Source: Acidobacteriota bacterium
Lineage (GTDB): Bacteria > Acidobacteriota > Vicinamibacteria > Vicinamibacterales > UBA2999
Assembly: GCA_046726375.1 (NCBI GenBank)
Contig: JBKPAJ010000062.1
Span: forward strand, 2,498 to 66,497
Direction of reading: 5' to 3'
DNA length: 64,000 bases
A model generated the notes under the pieces. It had not been told where the DNA came from. It did not search any database and was given only the letters and a program-made list of their open reading frames with translations. Shown in pieces: positions 1 to 10,890 of this stretch. How positions within the stretch are numbered: position 1 is the stretch's first letter; the number at the start of each line of letters is the position of its first letter. The translations under genes were made by a program, and so were the position numbers.

Positions 1-640
1 TGATCTCCGTATCGACGCCTGGTTCGTCGATGGCGCCGAGCACTTCGACGATGCGGCCGACTGGACCGCGTGATGGTGTCGGCCAGCGCGTGATTTCCAC
101 GGTGACCATATCGCCGGGACTGGCCTCCGCCGCGTCGCCGCGTGGGACATACACGTCGGCGTTGACACGACGATCGAACGGCAGGACGAAACCGAGCCCC
201 GCGCCGTCGAGGTCGTAACGGCCCACTGTCGTTTGCGCCCGGCGCTCGAGCACACGGACGATGCGTCCTTCGACGCGGCCATCGGGCCGATGCTGCTCGA
301 TTCGGACGACCACTCGATCGCCGTGCAACGCTTCCTTGAGATTTGCGGCAGCGATATAGATGTCGCCCTTGGCGCCTTCAATCGGCCGCTCGGGCGTAAC
401 GAAGGCGAATCCGCTTGGGTGTGCTTCGAGACGGCCCACCACGAGATCCATGCGATCGGCAAGGCCATAGCGATTGCCGCGGACCTCGACGATCTCGCCA
501 TCGGCGACGAGCGATCGCAGCAGGCGCTTGAGCGCCGAGCGCCCTTCGCGCGGGATTTTCAGGACTTTGACGAGCTCGCGGGCGGTAGCGGGATGATGAA
601 TGCGTTCGCGCATGGCGCGAAGCAACTGATCGCGAGACAT
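1..640 (-). CDS. rnr: Ribonuclease R, N-terminal part (5' partial; continues off the window)
   Basis: Absent from the ORF track because it runs off the window. Reverse translation from ATG (complement of 638-640) gives MSRDQLLRAMRERIHHPATARELVKVLKIPREGRSALKRLL...SGFAFVTPE...HGDRVVVRIEQ...GRIVEVLG. This is the HTH plus cold-shock/OB N-terminal layout of RNase R. Confidence 0.8.
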   Translation of the reverse strand, partial: MSRDQLLRAMRERIHHPATARELVKVLKIPREGRSALKRLLRSLVADGEIVEVRGNRYGLADRMDLVVGRLEAHPSGFAFVTPERPIEGAKGDIYIAAANLKEALHGDRVVVRIEQHRPDGRVEGRIVRVLERRAQTTVGRYDLDGAGLGFVLPFDRRVNADVYVPRGDAAEASPGDMVTVEITRWPTPSRGPVGRIVEVLGAIDEPGVDTEI

Positions 641-652
641 TCAGCTGATTGT

Positions 653-768
653 AAAAGGGCCTGCCCCATTAGTTACATTTCGAAAACAAACCCCGCACTT
701 CCTGCCGATTCGGGTCGCAGTATTCGCCAACTGTGCAACGCGATGTAACTAATGGGGCAGGCCCTTTT
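653..768. repeat. 116-nt element with perfect 25-nt terminal inverted repeats (copy 1 of 2)
   Basis: AAAAGGGCCTGCCCCATTAGTTACA (653-677) pairs perfectly with TGTAACTAATGGGGCAGGCCCTTTT (744-768). The interior is 66 nt. The second copy is at 56077-56194. The right end overlaps the stop codon of the 767-2008 gene. Confidence 0.85.
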
Positions 769-2008
769 AGGGTGTCAGCAGAATCTGCAGATCACCGACG
801 TTGGTGCTGGTGGGGCCCGTCCGGATCAGATCGCCGAGCGCATCGAAAAACGCGGACGAGTTGTTATCGTCCAAGTAGCTCTCGGGCGCATCAAGACCAA
901 GCTGGGCTGCGCGCGTCAGCGTGGTCGAATCAATCATCGCGCCAGCGGCGTCGGTTGGACCATCGATACCGTCCGTACCGACACTGGCGGCAACGGCATC
1001 GCGTCCAAGCCCGGCAAGCGCGCGGACCAACGCCAATGCAAACTCCTGATTGCGTCCGCCGCGGCCGTGGCCGGTCACGCGCACCGTGGTCTCGCCCGAC
1101 GAAATCACACAGAGGCGGGCGGCGTTCGCCACCCGCCCAACATACGCGAACCACTCGGCAGCGACCAGCCGCGCTTCGCCAGTAACCGGCTGCGTGATGA
1201 CCAGGGCACGATACCCAAGCTGCTCGGCCGCTGCACGCGCGCCGCGCATCGCGTCGACCCTGCTCGCAATTACGCCTGCCTCCGCGCGCGCGATTGCCGG
1301 ACTCCCGGGTTTCGGCGTGTCGGCGATATCACCTGCCAACCCCTTCTCCATCGTCACGCGCACCGAAGGAGGCTGATTCTGCTGATCGACGTGGCGATCG
1401 AGCGCAGCCGCCGCATCGGCCCAGGTGGAGGAATCCGGCACGCCGGGGCCCGATCCGATCACGGCGAGGTCGTCGCCGACGACGTCCGAAATCGCAAGCG
1501 TGATGGTGCGCCCTCGGCAGGCTGCGGCCAGGCGCCCGCCCTTCACTTCTGACAAATGCTTGCGAACAGTGTTGAGGGCATGAATGTCCGCGCCGCCGCG
1601 CAGCATCGCCTGCACGATTTGTTGTTTGTCGGCGAGGGCGATGCCGTGCATCGGTCGTGCGAGAAGGGCGGATGCGCCGCCGGAGAGGAGGATCACGAGC
1701 AAGCCATCTGGCGGAACCGCGCGTGCGATCTGCAATGCCCGCGCGGCTGCTTCCACGCTTCGTTCGTCGGGCACAGGATGACGCGCTTCGCGCCACTCGA
1801 CGACGGTCGGAAGATCGACATTGCGATGTGTGCCGACGGCGAGCGCTTGCACGGTTTTTATTTGCGGAATGGCGAACCACGCAGCCGTCATCGGCGCGGC
1901 CGCCTTGCCTGCCGCAATGAGATGAACGGTCGCAGTGGTTAGGTGCTCGAACTGGCCCTCATCGGCGAGGGCACGCGAGAGCGCAGCGGCAGCGCCGGCC
2001 GCACTCAC
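767..2008 (-). CDS. Glycerate 2-kinase / hydroxypyruvate reductase-like protein (DUF4147 + MOFRL family)
   Basis: 413-aa ORF with AAGKAAAPM near the N-terminus, LLSGGASALL, and SSGETTVRVTGHGRGGRNQEFALA, which is typical of TtuD/GckA-type glycerate kinases. Confidence 0.85.
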   Translation of the reverse strand: MSAAGAAAALSRALADEGQFEHLTTATVHLIAAGKAAAPMTAAWFAIPQIKTVQALAVGTHRNVDLPTVVEWREARHPVPDERSVEAAARALQIARAVPPDGLLVILLSGGASALLARPMHGIALADKQQIVQAMLRGGADIHALNTVRKHLSEVKGGRLAAACRGRTITLAISDVVGDDLAVIGSGPGVPDSSTWADAAAALDRHVDQQNQPPSVRVTMEKGLAGDIADTPKPGSPAIARAEAGVIASRVDAMRGARAAAEQLGYRALVITQPVTGEARLVAAEWFAYVGRVANAARLCVISSGETTVRVTGHGRGGRNQEFALALVRALAGLGRDAVAASVGTDGIDGPTDAAGAMIDSTTLTRAAQLGLDAPESYLDDNNSSAFFDALGDLIRTGPTSTNVGDLQILLTP

Positions 2009-2056
2009 ACCCGCACGGGCGATCGTGAGCAGATCCTGACGAGCGTGCGCGAGCGA

Positions 2057-2101
2057 CTGACTCAGTGTTGCCTGACTCGGTGTCGCCTCGCTCAGTGCGC
2101 C
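2057..2101. repeat. Three tandem 15-nt units
   Basis: CTGACTCAGTGTTGC / CTGACTCGGTGTCGC / CTCGCTCAGTGCGCC. The last unit overlaps the stop codon (2092-2094, minus strand). Confidence 0.75.
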
Positions 2102-2376
2102 TTATGCGGATCTGACCAGGCCGACAACTTCGTGACCACATCGATTTCCCGCAAAAGCTTCGCCACCACCTGATTGGCGTCTTCTTTTGCCGATAGCTTG
2201 TCGACCTGGGAAATGATGCGAACGAGGGCGGATTCGACGTCGTTGATGGCCTGTGCGGAGAAGAATTCCCGCTGCTGCTGGAGGCAGCGATGATGTTTCA
2301 GAAACTCTTCTTTGTAGAACTCAATCAGCGGCGAACTGGGCGACGGACCTGGACGATCGATAAAGGGTCGCGGCAT
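2092..2376 (-). CDS. Hypothetical small protein (possible independent gene within the 2092-2652 ORF)
   Basis: An internal ATG (complement of 2374-2376) is preceded by AAAGGAccgt. The product is MPRPFIDRPG...EFYKEEFLKHHRCLQQQREFF...VAKLLREIDVVTKL, which looks helical. No family recognised. The upstream part of the long ORF is FtsX C-terminal sequence. Confidence 0.3.
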   Translation of the reverse strand: MPRPFIDRPGPSPSSPLIEFYKEEFLKHHRCLQQQREFFSAQAINDVESALVRIISQVDKLSAKEDANQVVAKLLREIDVVTKLSAWSDPHKAH

Positions 2377-2496
2377 ACGGTCCTTTGAAGCCCTCACGAT
2401 TGTGGAGACAATTTCAGTGTAAGAACTTCGAGAGGCCGTGTCAACGGCGAGGCCCGAAAAATCGGGTGTTTCGACCGATCGTTCAACGAACGGCAC

Positions 2497-3371
2497 ACGC
2501 GAGACCAGCGTGCCGGTCAGGCCACCCACCGCAAGCGCGGCAACTACCACGATCGTAATTTCGCTTGCGGCAAGAAAGCGAACGTCCGCGAGTGTGCCGA
2601 ACGCAGTCAGCAAGTCACCCCATCGGCTCTTCGCAGTATTGAAAGCGCCCATAGCAGCAGCAACGCCAGCGCCGCCCCTGTGCCGCCGATGAGCGTGCCT
2701 TCAGCGATCGAAGGCCCGCGGATGAAGGCGAACGGCGCGCCCACCATCCGCATGATTTCAATTTCGTCACGACGCGCGAAGAGCGACAGACGCACGACGG
2801 CGGTAACCGTGAACGCGGCGCCAAGCACGAGCCCCCCGCCACCGTCAAACCCACCACGCGCACACCGGACACGATCGTCAACAAACGTGCTAGCCACTGG
2901 CGGTCGCAACGAACATCAGCGACGCCCGCGCGCGCAGCCAGGTCGGTCGCCAGGCCGTCAGCCGCGCCAATTGCCGTGGCATCCGTTCGAAGGCGCAGTT
3001 CGAACGAGGCAGGAAACGGATTGCCGCCGCCGGTGTCCGCGACGTCGGCGAGCTCAGGGAAGTCGGTGCGGAACCGTGTCTTTGCCTGATCCTTCGACAC
3101 GTAATCAACACCGGCAACAGCAGGGTGCGCCGCGAGTTGCGATGCGACAGTCCCGCGCGTGGCTTCGTCCACGTCGTCGCGGAGGAAGACCCGACATCTC
3201 CGCCGCAGACGCCACCTGATCGACGAGGCGCTGCAAATTCGCGGCAGGGAGGAGAAAACCGGCGAGCGTGAGAAACGCCACCGCAACGGTGCCGATCGAC
3301 ATCGACGCCGAACGTCCGGCACGCTTCAGCGTGATCAACGCTTCCCCGATCGAATAGCGCAGCGTCCGCAT
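2497..3371 (-). pseudogene. ftsX: Cell-division ABC permease FtsX, interrupted by at least three frameshifts
   Basis: FtsX-like sequence is spread over four frames. Segment 1 is MRTLRYSIGEALITLKRAGRSASMSIGTVAVAFLTLAGF. Segment 2 is VFLRDDVDEATRGTVASQLAAHPAVAGVDYVSKDQA...QWLARLLTIVSGVRVVGL. Segment 3 is GLVLGAAFTVTAVVRLSLFARRDEIEIMRMVGAPFAFIRGP. Segment 4 is FNTAKSRWGDLLTAFG...ITIVVVAALAVGGLTG. The switches sit at short homopolymers (CCC 3190-3192, C6 2832-2837, AAA 2642-2644 on the plus strand). Confidence 0.75.
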
Positions 3372-3418
3372 CACTGCCAGGTCCGCTCCGTGGTTTCCGG
3401 TTCGGGCTCGCCGGGCAT

Positions 3419-4071
3419 CTACGACAGTCGGCCGTTTTCGAGATGAATCGTGCGCCGGCCCACCCACTTGATCAAGTCGCGATCGTGCGTCGCCACCAGC
3501 ACGGTGGTGCCGCTCGAATTGATGTCGCGGAACGGCTTCATGATCTCGAGCGACAGGTCGGGGTCGAGATTGCCAGTGGGCTCGTCGGCCAGCACGATCC
3601 GCGGCTCGTGACCAGGGCCGCGGGCAATCGCGATGCGCTGCTGCTCGCCGCCTGACAGCTGCAACGGATAGGCCTGCTGGCGGTGCTGCAGACCGACCCA
3701 CTTGAGGACCTGATACGTGCGGCGCCGTTGCTGATCGATCGGCATGCGCCGAGGACACGGGACACGAAGCTCACGTTTTCAAAAACGGTTTTCGTTGGAA
3801 TGAGCTTGAAGTCCTGAAACACAAAGCCCACCGACCGCCGATAGGCCTGCACTTCAGTCCGCGACATTCGTACCAGGTTGCGGCCATTGACGATGGCCGT
3901 GCCTTCGCTTGGCCGATCTTCGAGGAGGAGCAGACGAAGCAGCGTGCTCTTGCCGGCGCCGCTCGGACCGGTCAGAAAGACGAACTCGCTCTTCTCGATG
4001 TTGATGGAAACGTCACGAAGCCCGTAAATCCCTTCCCCGTACGCTTTTCCTAATCCGTGGGTTTCAATCAC
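3419..4071 (-). pseudogene. ftsE: Cell-division ABC ATPase FtsE, single frameshift
   Basis: The N-terminal half is in the 3538-4071 ORF, with Walker A (LTGPSGAGKST). The C-terminal half is in the 3419-3745 ORF, with [14 protein letters not shown] and Walker B ([11 protein letters not shown]). The two frames meet at ~3746-3747 (..SRVLG / MPIDQQRRR..). The GTG start overlaps the upstream stop (GTGA). Confidence 0.8.
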
Positions 4072-6492
4072 CGCGTGTAGTCTACTAGGTCTGCGCGCAC
4101 CCGACCGAAGCCGGCTTCGATCGTCGCTCGCAACGGCACCCTGCGCTCGTCGTCGCTAAGCCAGATGGTGAGGGTGACCGGACGCCGTCGCTCGATGCGG
4201 CGTGTGAGTCGCGGCTCGACACGAATGGCGCGATACATGTTTCCACCCACCTCGATGGTCTCCTTATCGGCAACCGACACTTGCAGCAGCAATGCCGAAC
4301 CGGCCTCGTTGATCGGTACGGTGACGATGGTGCCTGGTTCCAACGTCAGCGTGCGCGCGTAGTAGAGCGCGGTGATGGCGTCGCGCGTGGCGGGCACGCC
4401 GAGCGGCAGCGCCACGGCCTCCGGCTGCCGCGCTTGACCCGGAGTTTCGCCCATGCGCACGACCCGCGCCTCGCGATCGAACACGTACGTTCGATCCAGC
4501 GCTCTTCGCCCCTCGCGAACCTCGCGCGTGTGCTCGATCGGCTGCAACTCGCGATCGGCGGTGGTGACGAAGCGGTCGCGTGCCTCGAAAAAACTCGACA
4601 CCCAGTCGGCGGTTTCGGCGAGCGCCTCGAATTCCCACCGCTCGCCGCCGGGCTCTCCGTCGACGACGCGCAGCGTGGCGCGTCCTGCAGCGAGATTGAG
4701 CGGACCACCATCCCAGTGCACTTCGTAGATCGCGCGCTCGCCTGCGCCGAACGGCGGCACGCCGGGCGGTGGCGGCAGCTCCGGTATGACGTCTTCGAGC
4801 GACGCCTCCGCTTCCGGCGTCCAACGCAATTCGTAGACGATGCCGTCGGCGAGACGCGCGCGCTCGACGAGCGGCGAGCGTGGATTACCAGCGCCGCCGA
4901 TCGCCGACTCGCTGACGACAAAACGAACGTCGAGCTCTTTCAGCGTGAGAAGGGCTTCCGCCGAGGGGATGTCCGCCAGCGCGTTGACCAGCGCGGCGTA
5001 AAAGTCGGGGCGCTGACCGCTATAGCCGTTGACGATCGGACGGCCGTGCTCGAGCGACTGGAGCATGAACGTCGTGTTCTCAATGTCCATCGTCAACGGC
5101 AAGTGCACGACCGCTCCGGGTTCGGGCGCGTTTTTCAGCCACGCGGCCACTTGCGTGGATCGGGGAGGCGCGGGCGCGAGGGGAAGCGAACTGTTGATGT
5201 ACTCCAGGAGTGCAGCGGCGACGAGGATTGTAGAGATCCAGCGGACCGCGCCAAAGCGCGCTACCGATTCCCGCCTGCTACCAGGCAGCTGTCGGAGCCC
5301 AAGGGCGGCAAGGGTCGCGAGGCCGAGCATGGCGATCACGGAAAAGCGCGCGGGCGCGCGGATCGCGCGAAAGCCAAACACGTTGTCATGCAGCGGCGCG
5401 TAAAGGCCACGAAAGCCTTCGGGACCAAACGACAACACGATTCCAACCACGACGAGCGCGACGGAGGAGAGCACGAGCGGGCGCGAATCGCGATTCCAGT
5501 TTCGCCACACGCCAAGGAGAGCGAGCGCCGTCACAACGAAGCCGGGAAACAGATAGTGTTCGACACCGGTGCGATCGCGTGTGCCCGGCGGCGACGACGG
5601 TGACGGCGCAAGAACCCCAGTCCTGCCGTATGCCAGATTGGTCGGTGGCACTTGCACGTAGCTGCGCGGGTCAGCTGACTGCTGTGACGCTTCATACCGT
5701 GTCCGGCCGAAGCCTTCGGATTGCTGCGACCGGACGTACGGCCACAGCAGCGGCGCCGCGCACACCACCGCCGTCACACCGGCCACGACAAATCGCACCC
5801 ACAACTGGCGGCTCCTCCACTGTCCGGTCGCGATCGCCAGCAGTGCGCCGCTCGCGACGATCACAACGGCCATAATCACGCCGTAGTAAACGCTCGCGAT
5901 CGCCTGCAACACAGCGATCAACCCCAGGGCGAGAGCGTCGCGCCAGCGTCGTCCCGCAACCAGCCGATGGACACACAGCAACGCCAGCGGCATGACATAC
6001 AACGCCTGAAGCTGGATCTGCGGCAAATGCGCGGTGCGATACGGCCAGCACGCCCAAGCGAGTCCGGCGAGCAGCGCTCCGCGCGCCGACCCCGTCACCG
6101 CGCGCACGAACGCGTGCATTGCCCACCCGCTCAGCGCAATCGACAGCATCACGAGCAGGTTGTAGCAAAGCAGGGCGTTCCCAGTTGCGGCGTAGACCGG
6201 CGACAACGCGAGCGACTGCAGCAGGAAGTGATCGGAATACGCCAGAGTGTTTTCTGCAGGAAAGAAAATGTTGGCGTCGAACACGCGGCCGGTGAACACA
6301 CTTGCGGGATCAGTCGTCCAGGCGCGCAGTCCCCAGCCAAGGACCCAAAGATTGAGAAACGGATCTCCCGGCCCTTGTGGCGCGCCAATGCGGTCGGTGA
6401 GATGAACCGCAAGCGGCCACGTCATGATCACGGCAGCGGAGCAATACGCCGCGAGCACTGCGGGATGACGTCGCCACCGCATCACCGACCGG
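4068..6492 (-). CDS. Large polytopic membrane protein with a DUF3108-like C-terminal domain
   Basis: Continuous ORF. The likely start is MRWRRHPAVLAAY (complement of 6490-6492), just after the stop of the upstream kinase gene. The N-terminal ~450 aa form many hydrophobic helices and look like GT-C/YfhO-type proteins. The C-terminal part (ERAIYEVHWDGGPLNLAAGRATLRVV...) resembles DUF3108. Confidence 0.65.
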
Positions 6493-6504
6493 CACCACTG
6501 GACG

Positions 6505-9231
6505 TTACGTGAGCAGATCGGCTTTCCACAACCGCTCCCGCACGGAGGTGAAGAACGCCCAGGTCGCGAGCGCCACGGGAATCGCAATAACGAGGAAGGT
6601 CGCGCCCAGATACCACGCCGACGATTCGGTGGTTGCGGGGGCCACGAGCAGCAGATCGGCTACAAGAACGCCGACGGTCAACGTGGTGAGCCCCCAGCGC
6701 AGGACGGCAATCGCGGACATGGCGAAGTACAGAAAACTCGTCGCGCCTTCGATCAGCGGTGTTCGGCTATCGAGCGCGTCGAGCAGACCGAAGATGAACG
6801 CAAACACGATCGCGGCGGCCCACTGATTGCGCAGGAGAACGCGAAGCAGAAACAACAAAAAGAAGACGAAGAGCGCGTTGCGGACGGCATAAAGCGCATG
6901 CATCACGATCTCACCGGCAGAACTTCTCAAGCCAAGCAGCAGTTCGAGTGGCGGCCAACCGGCTTGATCGGTCCACAGAATCGTGCTCCTGACCAGCAGC
7001 GCAGTGGCCACACCCAGCGCGACGCCAAACAGAACGTCGCGTCCCACGATAGGATCGCGAACGCGTCCGCCGAGCACCGTGGTCCACGACACGAGCGTCT
7101 GGGGCCAGTAACGCCGCACGAACGGTTCGAGCGCGAGATAAGTAGACCAGAAGAGCGCGCCATAGAACACCGTCGTGACAATGGCGAGAAGAAAAATCCC
7201 GAGCATCGACGTGGAGGCGACGAAATGCGCCTGGCAGATCCAGAGCACCCACAGAGCGGCCACGATTGACGTGGCGAGCTGCAAGGCGCCGCGCTGGTCA
7301 CCTCGCCGCTCGCGCAGGTTCTTGCGCGCGAGCAGCGTGCCGCCGATCACCACCGTGAGCGCGAGAGCGAAGATGACGACAAGCATCGCGGTCTCGCCGT
7401 CGCTGCTGTTGGTGGCCATCCGCCACGGCTTCGTCCAGGGACCGATCAGGTGAAACGCGACCGGCCGGCCGTCGAGCGACGCGCCTTCGATGCGCAACGG
7501 CAACATCGTGCCGGGCCACGTGCCGGTCCACGCGATACGCGCATCAGCAGCCGCGAGCCAGTGCCACTCTGGCGTCGCCGGCTGCAACGACGCCGCGTCG
7601 AGACCCGCCATCTTGAGCAGCATGGTCCAGTCCACGGTCACAGATTGTTCTGTCGCTTGCTGAACCTGCGGCGGAATCGCTTCCAGCGCAGTCAGGAATC
7701 CTTGATGATCGAGCGTGAGCTGGATCTGATTCGAGTAGATTGGCGGGGGGTCAAGCGCGTCGACGAGACCTGGCGTCAGCAGATCGTGATGAAACTGGAA
7801 CCCAATCATCGCGAACGGGCTTCGCCGATATCGGAAGACGAGCGGGGACGGTCGCTGTGATAGAAGCGCACGCCACGGCAACGCGTTGCGCGAATCGCGA
7901 CTGAAATCGATCAACGAGTCGTCCCAGCCAAACCAGTAGGCTTCGTCCTGCGGGCGGTCGGCGTAGCCGATCTGGCGCAGCGCGTCCCGCGCTTTTTGCG
8001 CGAGGACGTCGGCGTTGTATTCCGGTCGCAGACCTTCGAGCGGGCTCGTGCGCAGCGCCATCCCGTACGAAGCAGCGACGCCAAGCAGGATCGCAATGAA
8101 GACCGGAACCGCCACGCGCCCACGCAGGCCGGCGCCTTCCCCCGCCGCCGCAACGATCTCGGGTGACGGGGTCTCGCCCGCCGCCAGCGCCGCGGCCAGC
8201 GGATCGCCTCCAGGCAGCGCGGCTGACAGCGCCAGCGCCGTTGACGGACGCCGTGCGGGATCAGGATCGAGACAACGAAGCATCGCACGCTCGATGGCAG
8301 GATCGAGCGCGGTCACGATCTCACTCGGCGGCGTGAGACGGCCGCCTTGATGCTGCTCGATCAACTCGTTGAGCGTGGTCGCACTGAACACCCGCCGTCC
8401 CGTGAACAACTCGTAGAGCACGAGGCCAAGCGCGTAGATGTCGCTGCGCGCGGTGACCTCGCGCCCGAGGAGCTGCTCCGGCGCCATGTACGCCGGCGTG
8501 CCGGCGCGAATGTTGTCGACCGATCCCGCTGCGGCAAGGCCGAAATCCATCAGGCGGACCTTGCCGGTGTCGTCGAGCATCACGTTTGCGGGTTTCAAGT
8601 CGCGGTGAACGACACCGCGCTCGTGCGCCGCGGCAAGACCGGCGCACAGCTGCCGCGCGATCTCGGTGGCTTTGTCTTCCGGAAACCTGCCGATGCGCCG
8701 CAGCGAGGTCGAGAGATCCTCGCCAGCGACAAATTCCATCGAAAGAAAAAGGCGACCGTCGACTTCGCCGATGTCGTACACGCGGCAGATGTTGGGATGT
8801 GAAACCTGACGCGCGGTGCGCACTTCGTTGTGAAACTGCGCCAGGCGCACCGCGTCACTGCCAACGCTGTCGGGAAGGAACTTCAGTGCGACCGGCTGAC
8901 CGAGGCGAAGGTCGTCAGCGCGATACACCTCGCCCATCCCACCGCGTCCGAGTAGACCGACGATCCGGTAGCGACCGTCGAGCACGGCGCCGGGCGGAAA
9001 CCGGCCGTGGCTGATGGAATCGGAGGATGTCAGCCAGCCGCCCGAACTGGATTTGTGACCGGAAGGCGGCGATGGACGTGCCAGAGCGTCGGCCGCGGCC
9101 GCGGCCGCTGGCGCGAACGTCCGCTCTTCTAGCGCAGCCAGGGTCGCTTCGTCTGCATCCACCGCCAAGCCGCAGGCGGCGCAGAATCGCGCTTGCGCAG
9201 GCACTGTGGCGCCGCACCGAGGGCACGACAT
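6505..9231 (-). CDS. Ser/Thr protein kinase with N-terminal zinc ribbon and C-terminal multi-pass membrane domain
   Basis: MSCPRCGATVPAQARFCAACG, then LGRGGMGEVYRA, HRDLKPANVML, DFGLA and GTPAYMAPE (Hanks kinase motifs). The C-terminal third is hydrophobic. Confidence 0.9.
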   Translation of the reverse strand: MSCPRCGATVPAQARFCAACGLAVDADEATLAALEERTFAPAAAAAADALARPSPPSGHKSSSGGWLTSSDSISHGRFPPGAVLDGRYRIVGLLGRGGMGEVYRADDLRLGQPVALKFLPDSVGSDAVRLAQFHNEVRTARQVSHPNICRVYDIGEVDGRLFLSMEFVAGEDLSTSLRRIGRFPEDKATEIARQLCAGLAAAHERGVVHRDLKPANVMLDDTGKVRLMDFGLAAAGSVDNIRAGTPAYMAPEQLLGREVTARSDIYALGLVLYELFTGRRVFSATTLNELIEQHQGGRLTPPSEIVTALDPAIERAMLRCLDPDPARRPSTALALSAALPGGDPLAAALAAGETPSPEIVAAAGEGAGLRGRVAVPVFIAILLGVAASYGMALRTSPLEGLRPEYNADVLAQKARDALRQIGYADRPQDEAYWFGWDDSLIDFSRDSRNALPWRALLSQRPSPLVFRYRRSPFAMIGFQFHHDLLTPGLVDALDPPPIYSNQIQLTLDHQGFLTALEAIPPQVQQATEQSVTVDWTMLLKMAGLDAASLQPATPEWHWLAAADARIAWTGTWPGTMLPLRIEGASLDGRPVAFHLIGPWTKPWRMATNSSDGETAMLVVIFALALTVVIGGTLLARKNLRERRGDQRGALQLATSIVAALWVLWICQAHFVASTSMLGIFLLAIVTTVFYGALFWSTYLALEPFVRRYWPQTLVSWTTVLGGRVRDPIVGRDVLFGVALGVATALLVRSTILWTDQAGWPPLELLLGLRSSAGEIVMHALYAVRNALFVFFLLFLLRVLLRNQWAAAIVFAFIFGLLDALDSRTPLIEGATSFLYFAMSAIAVLRWGLTTLTVGVLVADLLLVAPATTESSAWYLGATFLVIAIPVALATWAFFTSVRERLWKADLLT

Positions 9232-9249
9232 CGGGAGATTCTATGGGAA

Positions 9250-9328
9250 AGTTACAAGTTCAAAGTTCAAAGTTCAAAGTGAAGAACGCTCCAACTAACT
9301 TTGAACTTTGAACTTTGAACTTGTAACT
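9250..9328. repeat. AT-rich heptamer-periodic palindrome, (GTTCAAA)n / (TTTGAAC)n, copy A
   Basis: AGTTACAAGTTCAAAGTTCAAAGTTCAAAGT (9250-9280) pairs perfectly with ACTTTGAACTTTGAACTTTGAACTTGTAACT (9298-9328), with a 17-nt loop. It lies 1 nt from the gatB stop codon. Confidence 0.9.
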
Positions 9329-9329
9329 G

Positions 9330-10778
<1,449 letters not shown>

Positions 10779-10784
10779 CGTGGT

Positions 10785-10890
10785 CAGTTCAAAGTTCAAA
10801 GTTCAAAGTTCAAAGTGAGTTTTAAAGTTCAAATTGGGAACTCAAAAACTTCTCAACTAACTTTGAACTTTGAACTTTGAACTTGTAACT
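10785..10890. repeat. AT-rich heptamer-periodic palindrome, (GTTCAAA)n, copy B
   Basis: The left arm is CAGTTCAAAGTTCAAAGTTCAAAGTTCAAAGT. The right end, CAACTAACTTTGAACTTTGAACTTTGAACTTGTAACT, is identical to copy A. It touches the pckA stop codon (10890-10892). Confidence 0.9.

Noticed and set aside
10779-10799. Longer gatB start (MNFELTT…) given in the ORF track.
   Set aside because: The extra codons are simply the GTTCAAA repeat read in frame from a TTG. GatB homologues begin a few residues before E-x-V-I-G-L-E, which matches the ATG at 10778.
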